DNA of 64,000 nt from Bradymonadia bacterium (lineage in GTDB: Bacteria > Myxococcota_A > Bradymonadia > UBA7976 > UBA1532), in NCBI GenBank assembly GCA_046290225.1, contig JBKAGE010000075.1, positions 64,001 through 128,000 of the forward strand. The letters run 5' to 3'. This document shows positions 1-9,707 of this stretch, one piece after another. Made by a program: the position numbers and the translations under genes. Within the stretch, counting starts at the first letter, position 1; each line of letters starts with the position of its first letter. Below the pieces are notes generated by a model that searched no databases, was not told the DNA's origin, and worked only from the letters and a program-made list of their open reading frames with translations.

Positions 1-2
1 CC

Positions 3-1340
3 TTGAGTGGGCCGCCTCGAGTGGCGGTGGTGGGCGCTGGCCCTGCGGGCTTGTGGGCGGTGTGGCAGCTCGCTCGAGCGGGGGTGAAGCCGGTGGTCTT
101 CGAGCGGGGCCAGGCGGTGCGAGGGCGTCGGCGAGATCTGGCTGTGCTCAACCGCGAGGGGGTGCTCAACCCCGAGTCGAACTATTGCTTCGGCGAGGGT
201 GGGGCGGGGACCTTCAGCGACGGAAAACTCTACACCCGGGCCACGAAGCGAGGGCCCGTGCGGGCGGTGTTCAACCTGCTCGCCGCCTGTGGCGCCCCGG
301 GGCGGATCCTCGTCGACGCCCGGCCCCACATCGGGACCAACCGACTGCCCAAGGTCATCGGGGCGTTGAGGGCACGGCTCGAAGCTGCCGGCGCCGAGGT
401 GTGTTTCGACACCCGCGTCGATGATCTGGTCTTCGACGGGCGTACGCTCACGGGGGTGGTCCTTGGTGATGGCACGACTGTGCCCGTGGAGGCGGTGGTG
501 GTGGCCACGGGGCACTCCGCCAGAGACGTCTATCGCATGCTGCATCGACACGGCGTGGCCATGGAGGCCAAGGCTTTCGCCGCCGGCGTGCGCATCGAGC
601 ACCCGCAGGCCCACATCGATCGCATTCAGTATGGCCCCCTCGGGGGTCACCCCATGCTCGGCGCAGCGCCCTATGCCCTCAAGAGCACCCGATCAGGCAT
701 TGGCGTGTACAGCTTCTGCATGTGCCCAGGTGGCTTCATCGTCGCCGCGGCCACCGAAGATGACGGTGTGGTGGTCAACGGCATGAGCCCATACGCTCGG
801 GGATCACGCCACGCCAACTCCGGCATGGTGGTCACCATCGGGCCGGAAGACTTCGGCGAGGGCCCCTTGGACGGCCTCGCGTGGCAGGCCCGGTTGGAGC
901 AGATGGCCTTCACCGCCGGTGGGGGCAAGTTCAAAGCCCCCGCCCAACGCATCACGGACTTCCTCAGGGGTCGAGTCTCCACAGAGCTGCCCGTGTGCAG
1001 CTATCGACCGGGCCTCAACGCCGTCGATCTCAAAGAGGCGTTGCCTGAGCGGATCACCGGCCCCCTCGATCAGGCGCTCCGCTGGTTCGACAAGGCCCGT
1101 ATGCGCGGCTACGTCACCGACGAGGCGGTCATGGTGGGGGTGGAGAGCCGATCGAGCGCCCCGGTGCGGATCGTGCGCAGCCGCGAGAGTCTGGAGAGCC
1201 CGAGCCACTCGGGCGTGTTCCCCTGCGCCGAGGGGGCGGGCTATGCCGGGGGCATCGTCAGCGCCGCCCTCGACGGGATGCGGGTCGCCGATGGGGTGCT
1301 TCAAGCCCTGGGCGTGCCCGTACCACCACCTGCGGCCTGA
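3..1340 (+). CDS. NAD(P)/FAD-dependent oxidoreductase, probably 5'-truncated by the window edge
   Basis: Rossmann VVGAGPAG; GEGGAGTFSDGKL; SFCMCPGG; GYAGGIVSAALDG C-terminal motif. Confidence 0.85.
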   Translation: MSGPPRVAVVGAGPAGLWAVWQLARAGVKPVVFERGQAVRGRRRDLAVLNREGVLNPESNYCFGEGGAGTFSDGKLYTRATKRGPVRAVFNLLAACGAPGRILVDARPHIGTNRLPKVIGALRARLEAAGAEVCFDTRVDDLVFDGRTLTGVVLGDGTTVPVEAVVVATGHSARDVYRMLHRHGVAMEAKAFAAGVRIEHPQAHIDRIQYGPLGGHPMLGAAPYALKSTRSGIGVYSFCMCPGGFIVAAATEDDGVVVNGMSPYARGSRHANSGMVVTIGPEDFGEGPLDGLAWQARLEQMAFTAGGGKFKAPAQRITDFLRGRVSTELPVCSYRPGLNAVDLKEALPERITGPLDQALRWFDKARMRGYVTDEAVMVGVESRSSAPVRIVRSRESLESPSHSGVFPCAEGAGYAGGIVSAALDGMRVADGVLQALGVPVPPPAA

Positions 1341-4210
1341 GCCGCCCACTGCGCGGCCCGAATCCGGGCGTCTTCCAGCTCGACGCCGTGTCGTTGATCC
1401 CCTGCCTCGAGACGAGTGAGTACGTCGAGATGAGCGATCGCCTTCTCGCAGGCCTGAGCGGCTTTGTGCCATTGCCCCTTCGATGCTGCGAGATCCCCCT
1501 GGCGGCTCCAGGCCACCGCCCCTGCTCGGTGTTGGTGTGCAGGCAGACCCTCACCAAGGCCGTACCAGCGAAGCAGGCTCCGACACACCTTCAGGCAGGT
1601 GCCTTCGTGCCCCAAGGCCAGGGCTGCATCAGCGAGGGCGGCTGAGGTGTCGATCCAGGCATCGCGGGGATTAAGGCCGTCCAGAGGGGCATCACCATGA
1701 TCACTGGCGAGCCAGGCCATCCAGAGGCGCCAGCTCAACTGCAGGCGCTCGAAGGCCAGGGTGGGCTTCTGACGAGACTGGATCGCCAGGGCAAAGCGGA
1801 GGGCGCCAGCGAGCCTGAGGGCCCAGGCCCACCAGGGCACGAGCTGGGCGGCCATGCCGAGATCGCGCAGCAGCGTGAAGATCTCGGCCACATAGGCCAG
1901 ACCCTGATCGAGGCGCCGAGCAGCGAGCTCCACCTCCACCAGCAAGATCAAGCTGCGGACGGCCGCAGCGGCACCCCAGGGTCGGTGGGCCCAGCGCTCG
2001 GCGAGGTGGAGGGCCCCGGGCATCATCGACCGGGGGGTCTCCAGATCACCTGCCCCCAGAGAGAGGGTGCCCAGACGATGCTCAAGCTGCCAGGCCATCT
2101 GCGCGATGTGCTCGTCGAACGGCTGAGCGGTGAGCATGCGGCGGCCGATGGTTGCGGCCTCTCGGTAGGATCTCAGCCCGCTCGACCAGCCCCCACCGTG
2201 AATCTCGAGCTCGCCGAGCCGGGTCAGGGCCACGAGCAGATCGTTCACGAGGCGAGTGTCGTCAGGGTGGGCCTCGGCGAGGCCCGCGCGCATTTTACGT
2301 ACGGTGGTGAGGGCCTGGTGCGCAGAGGGGAGATCATCCTGTAAGAGGTACAGATCGCTCATGCGTTCGAGGGCGACGGTGAGATCTCGGGCATACACCA
2401 CTGCCTCTGGCCGGGCAGTGGCGAGGGATGATCTGATCTCCAGGGCCTCTTCGTGCACGCTCAGCGCTTCAGGGAAGGCGTCCAGCTCCAGGCAGAGATC
2501 CCCGAGCATCAGCAGCGCCCGGCTGAGCGTACGTGCAGGCTCAGGCTCTTCCGGGCGCAGGCGCACGAGGGCTCGGGCCACGTCCACCGCGCGCCGTGCC
2601 TGCCGGCGGGCCTCGTCGAGATCGTGTCGCCGGCGAGCCTGCTGGATCGCTTGCCAGTGACCATCGAAGGCCCCTGAGAGATGTCCACCCTCTGGATCGT
2701 CACCGAGGGCCTGGCGAAGAGTGATCAGGCTCTCTATGGCGCCTCGGAGTGTCGGGGCCTCGTGGGGCAGACGCGTGCGCAAGCGCACGAGCGCTGCGTG
2801 GGCGGCCTGAGCCAGCTCTTGAAGATGGCCCTCCGCAGGTGCAGGCTGCCCAGAGGCCAAGGCGGCGTCGCTGTGAAGTGTGGGCCAGAGTCGCCACCAC
2901 GACCAGTGATGATCGGCGAGCGGGGCCTCTGGCCGGCCCGGGCGCATACGGCCGCCACCCAGGGGCAACAAGGCGTTGTCTGCGAGGACGACCCGGGCCT
3001 GAGAGAGGGCCTCGGGCTCGATGTGGGCGCTGGGATCCGGGCCGCTCTCCGGGCCCCGACTCCGCCAGAGGCTCAAGCAGGCCCGCGCAGCTTTTCGGGG
3101 GAGCGCCTCAAGCCAGAGGTCGAGGGCTTCGGCGAGACAGGGGCTCTCTGGTCGCGGCAACACCCCTTCAGGCGTCACCCTGCGTTGGGCATTGTGGGTC
3201 AGCCATGCCAGCTCTGCGAGAGGGGCGGCGGTGCGCATGGCTTCAGTGACGATGTACTCCACTGCCCCGGGGGCCCACTTGAGGCCGGCGATCTGCGCTC
3301 GGTGTTCGAGGCTCGCTGCGAGGCCCTCTGAGCCAGGCGAGGGCATGAAGACAATGCGTTTTTGCAGCCACCGCCCGAGCTCACCCAGCTGTCCGAGGCG
3401 GGCGGCGTGGGCCACGTCGAGGGTGCCCACGACGGCGATGGGGCGCCCCGACTCCAGCCAGCCCGTGAGCGCTGCTGAGGCGGCGAGGCTCTGAGCGGGG
3501 TGAGCCAGCCAGCGGTCCAGGGCCTCGATGGCCACCAGGATCGGCCCTCGAGCGTCGCGTCGGGCAAAGGCCTCGTCCACAGCGGCGAATTCTGGCTTCA
3601 CTTTCAGGGCGCGGCCCAGGGCGGCCAACAAGGCCTCCATCGGGGGCAGGCCCGGCGTGCACACCGCCAGAGACCACGGGGGCCCGCCGCCAGGGGGGCA
3701 AAAGGCCATTCGAGGTAGGCATTTGCTGTAGAGCCAGGTGCTGCGGCCTGATGCCGGCGCACCGGCGACGAGGAGCCCTTCACCGAGCCCTGGCCAGCGA
3801 TCAGCGGGGGGCCACGCAGAGAGCGGATCATCCTGCACCCAGACGGTGTGAGCCCAAGAGGGCGTCGTGAGCCCCGAAAAGGGCGCGAGGCGCCAGTGTT
3901 GTGGAGGCGGGAGCGTCGCGAAGATGCTCTGCAGTTGAGTTGCAGAAGTAGAGAGTGGCAGGGCCGGGCAGGGTGAGGCCCACCGAGGCGGCACGGGCCC
4001 GCCGTCTTCGGTGAGGCAGATCGTAATCTGCGGTCGCTCGAGGTGATCACGGTAAGCCGCAGCGAGGGCGGCCCCCATCCACTGGTAGGCCGTACCCCTG
4101 GGCAGCGTGATCAGGCAGCGTGCAGGCCCCTCTGAGTCGTCATGAGAGGCGAGGGCCTGCGCGAGGGCAGGCCCGAGTCGGTCATGAGGCGGGTGAATCA
4201 GCTGGGGCAT
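1301..4210 (-). CDS. Large TPR protein with a degenerate STAND-like NTPase region
   Basis: Walker A-like LLVAGAPASGRSTW; C-terminal helical repeats (ARDLTVALERMSDL, VNDLLVALTRLGEL); start uncertain (ATG 4210 overlaps the end of the upstream BCCP gene); 3' end overlaps the oxidoreductase by 40 bp. Confidence 0.55.
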   Translation of the reverse strand: MPQLIHPPHDRLGPALAQALASHDDSEGPARCLITLPRGTAYQWMGAALAAAYRDHLERPQITICLTEDGGPVPPRWASPCPALPLSTSATQLQSIFATLPPPQHWRLAPFSGLTTPSWAHTVWVQDDPLSAWPPADRWPGLGEGLLVAGAPASGRSTWLYSKCLPRMAFCPPGGGPPWSLAVCTPGLPPMEALLAALGRALKVKPEFAAVDEAFARRDARGPILVAIEALDRWLAHPAQSLAASAALTGWLESGRPIAVVGTLDVAHAARLGQLGELGRWLQKRIVFMPSPGSEGLAASLEHRAQIAGLKWAPGAVEYIVTEAMRTAAPLAELAWLTHNAQRRVTPEGVLPRPESPCLAEALDLWLEALPRKAARACLSLWRSRGPESGPDPSAHIEPEALSQARVVLADNALLPLGGGRMRPGRPEAPLADHHWSWWRLWPTLHSDAALASGQPAPAEGHLQELAQAAHAALVRLRTRLPHEAPTLRGAIESLITLRQALGDDPEGGHLSGAFDGHWQAIQQARRRHDLDEARRQARRAVDVARALVRLRPEEPEPARTLSRALLMLGDLCLELDAFPEALSVHEEALEIRSSLATARPEAVVYARDLTVALERMSDLYLLQDDLPSAHQALTTVRKMRAGLAEAHPDDTRLVNDLLVALTRLGELEIHGGGWSSGLRSYREAATIGRRMLTAQPFDEHIAQMAWQLEHRLGTLSLGAGDLETPRSMMPGALHLAERWAHRPWGAAAAVRSLILLVEVELAARRLDQGLAYVAEIFTLLRDLGMAAQLVPWWAWALRLAGALRFALAIQSRQKPTLAFERLQLSWRLWMAWLASDHGDAPLDGLNPRDAWIDTSAALADAALALGHEGTCLKVCRSLLRWYGLGEGLPAHQHRAGAVAWSRQGDLAASKGQWHKAAQACEKAIAHLDVLTRLEAGDQRHGVELEDARIRAAQWAAQAAGGGTGTPRA

Positions 4211-4733
4211 CGTCGTCATCTGAACCCATCGGGCCGATTCGGACCAGTTTTGCCTGCCCCTCGACGAGATCACCTGCAGAGACCTCCACGGAGATCACCA
4301 CCCCGGCCTCTTCGGCGCGGAGCTCGTTCTCCATCTTCATGGCCTCGACGATGACCACGCCCTGGCCTGCCTCGACGGTCTGGCCGGGCTCCACCAGGAC
4401 CGCTACCACCTTGCCGGGCATCGGCGAGCTGATGAGCTGCTCGCCGGAGCTGCCACCGGCGCCGGTGGCGAGTCGGCGGCGCATGGTCTTGGGATCCACC
4501 ACTTGCACCACCTGATCGAAGCCTTCGCAGGTGACGTGGGTGCGATCACCCCGGGCGCCACGGCGCAGGGCCAGGGAGCGGTGCCCGATGACCACGTGGA
4601 TCTCGGTGGCGCCCACATGCACGTGAGCGTGCTTGGGGGGCGCGTCGCCGATCTGGATGAGGTGACCGCCCTCTGGGTGAGCGGAGAGCTGAACGTCGAC
4701 GGGGCCCTCGGGGCCTTCAATGGTGTAGCGCAT
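4182..4733 (-). CDS. Biotin carboxyl carrier subunit of an acyl-CoA carboxylase, with N-terminal extension
   Basis: SPMPGKVV...EAMKMENEL biotinylation motif; start taken at ATG 4733 (MRYTIE), just downstream of the biotin carboxylase stop. Confidence 0.9.
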   Translation of the reverse strand: MRYTIEGPEGPVDVQLSAHPEGGHLIQIGDAPPKHAHVHVGATEIHVVIGHRSLALRRGARGDRTHVTCEGFDQVVQVVDPKTMRRRLATGAGGSSGEQLISSPMPGKVVAVLVEPGQTVEAGQGVVIVEAMKMENELRAEEAGVVISVEVSAGDLVEGQAKLVRIGPMGSDDDDAPADSPAS

Positions 4734-4743
4734 CACCCCTCCC

Positions 4744-6237
4744 TCACAGCGCGCGGCGGCGGCCCTCGAGCCGCCAGGGGCTCGGGCCCCCTTCAGTGGA
4801 CGCAGGGCCTTGAGCCCCACGGGTGGACGCGGCCTGCTCCTGGGCCACGGCGAGGGCGCCGTACACAGCCTCGGGCCACTCCTCAGAAGGGGTGGCTGGA
4901 TCGGGCAGCTGCGTGTCGAGAATGCCCGTGTCGTACTGGCCGGCGACGAAGTCGGCGTGCTTCAGGATCCGATGGTGCAGCTCGATGTTCGTGGAGATAC
5001 CCAACACCACCGTCTCCGAGAGGGCGCGGTGCATGCGGCTGATGGACTGCGCGCGGGTACGACCGTACGTGCACAGCTTGGCCACCATGGGATCATACGC
5101 CATGGGCACCACGGAGTTCTCGTCGATGCCGGCGTCCACTCGGACCCCGGTCCCCTGCGGCCAGCGCACACCGGAGATGGGCCCCGGACTGGGCATGTAG
5201 GTGCGCGGATCTTCTGCGTAGAGGCGGCACTCGATGGCATGGCCCCGAGGCTGCAGATCGGCCTGGGTGTAGGGAAGCGGCTCCCCAGCAGCAACGCGGA
5301 CCTGAGCTTCGACGAGATCCACCCCGTACACCAGCTCGGTGACAGGGTGCTCCACCTGCAGGCGGGTGTTCATCTCGAGGAAGTAGAAGTTGCGATCAGC
5401 CCCCACCATGAATTCCACGGTGCCGGCGCCGCTGTAATTGCAGGCCCGGGCCGCGGCGACGGCCACCTCGCCCATCTGGGTGCGGAGGTCGTCGTCGATG
5501 AAGGGGCTGGGGCACTCCTCGATCACCTTCTGGTGACGGCGCTGCACCGAGCACTCGCGCTCCCCCACGTAGACCGCGTTGCCGTGATCGTCACACAACA
5601 GCTGGATCTCGATGTGGTGAGGGCCCACGACGAACTTCTCGATGTAGACCGCGTCGTTGCCGAAGGCCCCAGCGGCCTCGCGGCGGGCGGCCTCGAGGGC
5701 GGACATGAAGCGGCTGGGATCGTCGACGCGGCGCATGCCCTTGCCCCCGCCACCAGCGGAGGCCTTGATCATCACCGGGAAACCCACCTCGGTGGCCACA
5801 GCGAGGGCGTGCTCCGGATCTGCGACCGGATCAGAGGTGCCTGGGACCACAGGCACCCCAGCGGCGGTGACCGTGCGGCGGGCGAGCAGCTTGTCGCCCA
5901 TGGTCTCGATGGCTTCGGGGGGCGGCCCGATCCAGGCGAGGCCTGCCGCCTTCACCCGACGGGCGAAGGTGGCGTTCTCCGACAAGAAGCCGTACCCGGG
6001 GTGGATCGCCTCAGCGCCGACGGCCCGTGCGGCGTCGAGGATGGCGTCCATGTTCAGGTAGCTCTCGGAAGAAGCTTCGGGGCCTACACACACGGCCACG
6101 TCGGCCATTCGGACGTGGAGGGCGTGGCGGTCGGGCTCGGAGTAGATGGCCGCGGGGGAGATGCCCATGTCCCTGAGGGTGCGGGCGACCCGGACGGCGA
6201 TCTCTCCACGGTTGGCGATCAAGACGCGCTTGAACAT
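4744..6237 (-). CDS. accC: Biotin carboxylase subunit of acetyl/propionyl-CoA carboxylase
   Basis: MFKRVLIANRGEIAVRV, GGGGKGMR, ECSVQRRHQKVIEE, FLEMNTRLQVEHPVTE. Confidence 0.92.
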   Translation of the reverse strand: MFKRVLIANRGEIAVRVARTLRDMGISPAAIYSEPDRHALHVRMADVAVCVGPEASSESYLNMDAILDAARAVGAEAIHPGYGFLSENATFARRVKAAGLAWIGPPPEAIETMGDKLLARRTVTAAGVPVVPGTSDPVADPEHALAVATEVGFPVMIKASAGGGGKGMRRVDDPSRFMSALEAARREAAGAFGNDAVYIEKFVVGPHHIEIQLLCDDHGNAVYVGERECSVQRRHQKVIEECPSPFIDDDLRTQMGEVAVAAARACNYSGAGTVEFMVGADRNFYFLEMNTRLQVEHPVTELVYGVDLVEAQVRVAAGEPLPYTQADLQPRGHAIECRLYAEDPRTYMPSPGPISGVRWPQGTGVRVDAGIDENSVVPMAYDPMVAKLCTYGRTRAQSISRMHRALSETVVLGISTNIELHHRILKHADFVAGQYDTGILDTQLPDPATPSEEWPEAVYGALAVAQEQAASTRGAQGPASTEGGPSPWRLEGRRRAL

Positions 6238-6353
6238 CGGCGCTCCCTGGAGGTCAATCGGCGGGGACGTTAGACCAGGGCCGGCTCAAGGGCAAGGCGC
6301 AGTACGATCGCCGCGCGATCACTGCAAAAAGGAGGGGGCGGAGGCCGCTGGGA

Positions 6354-8885
6354 TCACTCCCCGCGGAAGCCGGCAAGGCAGTTGAGGTAGGCTTCGTTCG
6401 GGTCCCAGCCGCAGCTGCCGTCTGCCTGCACACCACAGCGGGTCAGCTCGAGGCACTCATACTCCGGCAGGAACACACAGAGCGAGTTCACGGGCTCAGG
6501 GGCACAGATCTCGCTGCTGCAGCCCGTGGCAATGCAGATGCCAGGCTCCGGGGGCGGAGGCGGCGGAGGGCCACCGGGGATGCATTCGCCGTCGATGCAG
6601 ATGAAGCCCTCCTCGCAGAGGACCGCCGCGCAGTCCCCACCAGGGGGCGGGAAGTCGTCGTCGGGCACGCACTGATCAGGGGCGCCGTCTTCGCACCAGC
6701 AGATTTCTTCGCCGTTCTCGTCGATCTCGCAGCCGCAGTCGCCGCCGCCGAAGCCCTCTTCCACGCGGCACTCGGGGTGCAGGTCGCACAGCGCCACGTC
6801 GAGGCCCCAGCAATCATCTACGGGCCAGCAGGCGAAGGCGCCCTCATCAGGGCCCTCGAGCGTGACGCAGGCGTCGTTCTCGGCGCAGGCCTCGGGATCG
6901 AGGTTCACGCAGCCATTGGGGGCCGCGACACACTGGCGCACCACCTCGCAACCACCGCCGAAGTCACAGTCCTCCTGACCCGGAGGGCAGGGGGGCACAG
7001 GCTCAGGGCAGTCCTCACCCTCAGGGCAGGGGAAGGGCAGATCGTTGCAGATCTCGAACTCTTCGAAGTTGCACCGAGGATCAGCCTCACAGGCGTCATC
7101 AGCGAGGTTCTGACAGAACTGCCAGACGGGCACACATTGGTCGATGGGGAAGGGCTCAGGGCAAGGCTCACCGGGAGGACAGTCGATGTCGCCAGGGCCT
7201 TCGAGCAGGGCACACTCGCCGTTCTGCTCACAGAGATCGGGGGGCAACTCGAAGCAGGGATCCACGGGAGGCTCGCGGCGCTCCTGGCAGAAGCCTTCAC
7301 CCGGGAAGGGCTCCTCACAGAAGCAGATCTCTTCGCCGTTCTCGTCGATGAAGCAGTCGCAGAAGCCGCCGCCACCGCCGCCCTCGAACCACTCACAGCT
7401 CGGATCGGACCAGCAGGCCTCGGCGTCGCCATAGTCCCAGCAACCCTCCACCACGGGGCGACCAGGCACGCAGATCAGCTGCACCTCGCAGCCACCGCGC
7501 TCGTCACAGATCTCGATGTCCTGAACCTCGCACTCGGGGCTGAACTCGCAGCGCTCGATGTCGAGGTCGAAGCAGTTCCCAGGATCGCGGACAGGCTCAC
7601 ACACCAGCTCCACAAAGCAGGGCTCGCCGGGCTCCACAGGCTCACCGGGCTCCCCAGGCTCACCAGGGAACGGCGGTGGGGGATCCTCACCGGGCACACC
7701 GCCCTCGCCGCCGTCTTCGCCGGCGCCCCCACCAGGGGCCGCGCCGCCACCACCCTGGCCAGGCTCATCGCCGCAAATCACGCGCTCGTTGAGCTGGCAG
7801 CGGGGGTTCTGGCCACAGAGGTTGGGGTCGAGATCGAAGCAGCCTTCAGGGTCTTGGCGCTCGACACACTGCAAGGGCACCTCGACGTCAGGGCAGTCAC
7901 ATTCGCAGTCGTCCTGGTCCGGAGCGCAGGGCAAGCAGTTGCAGGGATCTTCCCCGCCGATGAGTTCACAGCGGGGGTCCGCGCTGCAGGCCTCGGGCTC
8001 GAGATCTTCACAGTCACCCCCAGGCTGGTTCGGCTCACCGCACCCCACGAAGACCGGCTCGCATCCGTCACAGACGCAATCCTCTGCCTCGGGCTCACAG
8101 TCGCAGTTGCAGGGGGGCTCGGCGTACTCAGCTTCGCAGTCCGGGCGGGCGAGGCACTGGCTCTCGTCCAGCTCGGCGCAGGCGCCATCAGGGCGGTCGA
8201 CGCAGACGTCGTCCTGCCAGAGGCACCGGGCCATCATGGCGCAGTCGCGCATCTCGAGCTCGGCGCAGGGCAGGCCGCTGGGATCAGTCTCACAGGCCTG
8301 GTTGCGCCAGCGGCAGTCGTCGCGGGCGCCGCAGGCGGGCTCGGGGAGCTCTTCACAGGCAGGCTGGAAGGCGCGGCAGCCGTCGGGGGTCCACTCACAG
8401 CCCGCGGCGATGCAGAGATCGGCCCGGGGCTGATCACAGCCCATGGGCGGGGGCACATCCTGGCAGACCTCGGCCCACCAGTAGCAGCCATCTTGATCAG
8501 CGCAGCTCGCCTCGTCTTCGTGGGTGTTACACTGAGGGGTGATGGGCCGAGCGCACTCGTCGCCGGTCCATACGCACTCTGGGAGCGCCTCGCAGCTGTC
8601 CTGGCTCATGGCCTCTTCGCAGCTCTCGGGCACGACGCCACCGGCGCCGCCTTCACCGGCATTTCCGCCCTGACCGCCTTCACCGGCGTTGCCGCCCTGG
8701 CCGCCTTCGCCAGCGTTGCCACCGGCACCGGCCTCGCCGCCTGCGCCGCCTTCCACGCCGCCACCGGCGCCAGCGACTACACCGCCCTCTCCGCCGGCAC
8801 CGCCGCCGCCCTCGGACTCCTCGTCATCACAGCCGTAGGCGCTGAATGCCAGCGCCCCGACCACCATCAACCACTGCATCTTCAT
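6354..8885 (-). CDS. Cys-rich repeat lipoprotein with a C-terminal eight-cysteine-cluster-like domain
   Basis: GGAGG RBS before ATG 8885; lipobox FSAYG-C; Gly-rich GGNAGEGGQ repeats; many CxxLxxxxCxxxxxC modules; C-terminal GCSSEIC...PEYEC...CGVQADGSCGW. Confidence 0.8.
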   Translation of the reverse strand: MKMQWLMVVGALAFSAYGCDDEESEGGGGAGGEGGVVAGAGGGVEGGAGGEAGAGGNAGEGGQGGNAGEGGQGGNAGEGGAGGVVPESCEEAMSQDSCEALPECVWTGDECARPITPQCNTHEDEASCADQDGCYWWAEVCQDVPPPMGCDQPRADLCIAAGCEWTPDGCRAFQPACEELPEPACGARDDCRWRNQACETDPSGLPCAELEMRDCAMMARCLWQDDVCVDRPDGACAELDESQCLARPDCEAEYAEPPCNCDCEPEAEDCVCDGCEPVFVGCGEPNQPGGDCEDLEPEACSADPRCELIGGEDPCNCLPCAPDQDDCECDCPDVEVPLQCVERQDPEGCFDLDPNLCGQNPRCQLNERVICGDEPGQGGGGAAPGGGAGEDGGEGGVPGEDPPPPFPGEPGEPGEPVEPGEPCFVELVCEPVRDPGNCFDLDIERCEFSPECEVQDIEICDERGGCEVQLICVPGRPVVEGCWDYGDAEACWSDPSCEWFEGGGGGGFCDCFIDENGEEICFCEEPFPGEGFCQERREPPVDPCFELPPDLCEQNGECALLEGPGDIDCPPGEPCPEPFPIDQCVPVWQFCQNLADDACEADPRCNFEEFEICNDLPFPCPEGEDCPEPVPPCPPGQEDCDFGGGCEVVRQCVAAPNGCVNLDPEACAENDACVTLEGPDEGAFACWPVDDCWGLDVALCDLHPECRVEEGFGGGDCGCEIDENGEEICWCEDGAPDQCVPDDDFPPPGGDCAAVLCEEGFICIDGECIPGGPPPPPPPEPGICIATGCSSEICAPEPVNSLCVFLPEYECLELTRCGVQADGSCGWDPNEAYLNCLAGFRGE

Positions 8886-9087
8886 GGGCCAACCTCCAGG
8901 TGAGCAACATCGACGACCGGGGGGAATAGCAAAACTCGTGCTCATGTTCAAAAGGCCCCATCTGTTCACGAACGGGACAGATACCTGCAGCAGGCCTTCA
9001 AAAATGCGGGGTGGTGCTCAGAAATCTGAGCAGGGGCTGGCTGGAAAATCTGAACTGAGCAATCTGAAAAGTGAGAGCAGGCGGGCT

Positions 9088-9372
9088 TCAGCGCTCTCGC
9101 TTGAAGCGGTCAGCCTCTTCGAGGGCCGCTTGGATGCATTCGGACATGCAGATCCGGGCCATGCCTTCGAGCTGATACTCGTCGGAGGCCTCCTTGGCGT
9201 GGACCTTCGCCTTCTGGTTGCACTGGGTGTAGCACAGGCGATCCACCGCCCGACGCTGAGCGATATTGCTGCGTCCGGTCTTCGGCGGGTTGATCACCTT
9301 GGTATAGATGACCGCCCCCACCATCAGACCGCTCACCACCCCCATGAGGGTGAACAACATGCGCAGCGACAT
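9088..9372 (-). CDS. Small membrane-anchored hypothetical protein with two CxxxC motifs
   Basis: GGAGG RBS; N-terminal hydrophobic helix; CYTQC and CMSEC. Confidence 0.7.
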   Translation of the reverse strand: MSLRMLFTLMGVVSGLMVGAVIYTKVINPPKTGRSNIAQRRAVDRLCYTQCNQKAKVHAKEASDEYQLEGMARICMSECIQAALEEADRFKRER

Positions 9373-9387
9373 CTCGCCTCCGTCAGA

Positions 9388-9612
9388 TCAGGCCTCGGGC
9401 CAGACCTGCTCACCGGTCTCGTCATCGATGATGACGATGGCGTCGGTGGGGCAGCCCTGGGCGGCGGCAAGTATGTCGTCCGGCGTGTCACCGGCAGGAT
9501 CGGTGATGACGGCGATGTCTTCGTCATCGAGGTCGAAGGTGCTCGGCGCCTCGGCGACACAGGTGGCGGCGCCAATGCACATGTCCCGGAGGACCTTGAT
9601 CTGATAGCCCAT
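9388..9612 (-). CDS. Single-cluster ferredoxin, probably [3Fe-4S]
   Basis: GAGGAG RBS; CIGAATC (second Cys replaced by Ala) and GCPTDAI. Confidence 0.88.
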   Translation of the reverse strand: MGYQIKVLRDMCIGAATCVAEAPSTFDLDDEDIAVITDPAGDTPDDILAAAQGCPTDAIVIIDDETGEQVWPEA

Positions 9613-9707
9613 CAGTACTCCTCGGCCTGTCGGCCACATGCCGGTCACGGGCCGGCCCTATGGGGTGAGGATACCCGGTCGCTGCAGTGGTTGCAGCAGG
9701 GGTATGC

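Noticed and set aside
4810..6273. Long antisense ORFs (for example 4810-6273, 6777-8903, 29836-31695, 42288-43904, 48907-51279)
   Set aside because: They are shadows of recognisable genes on the other strand, expected in high-GC3 DNA, and show no independent motifs.
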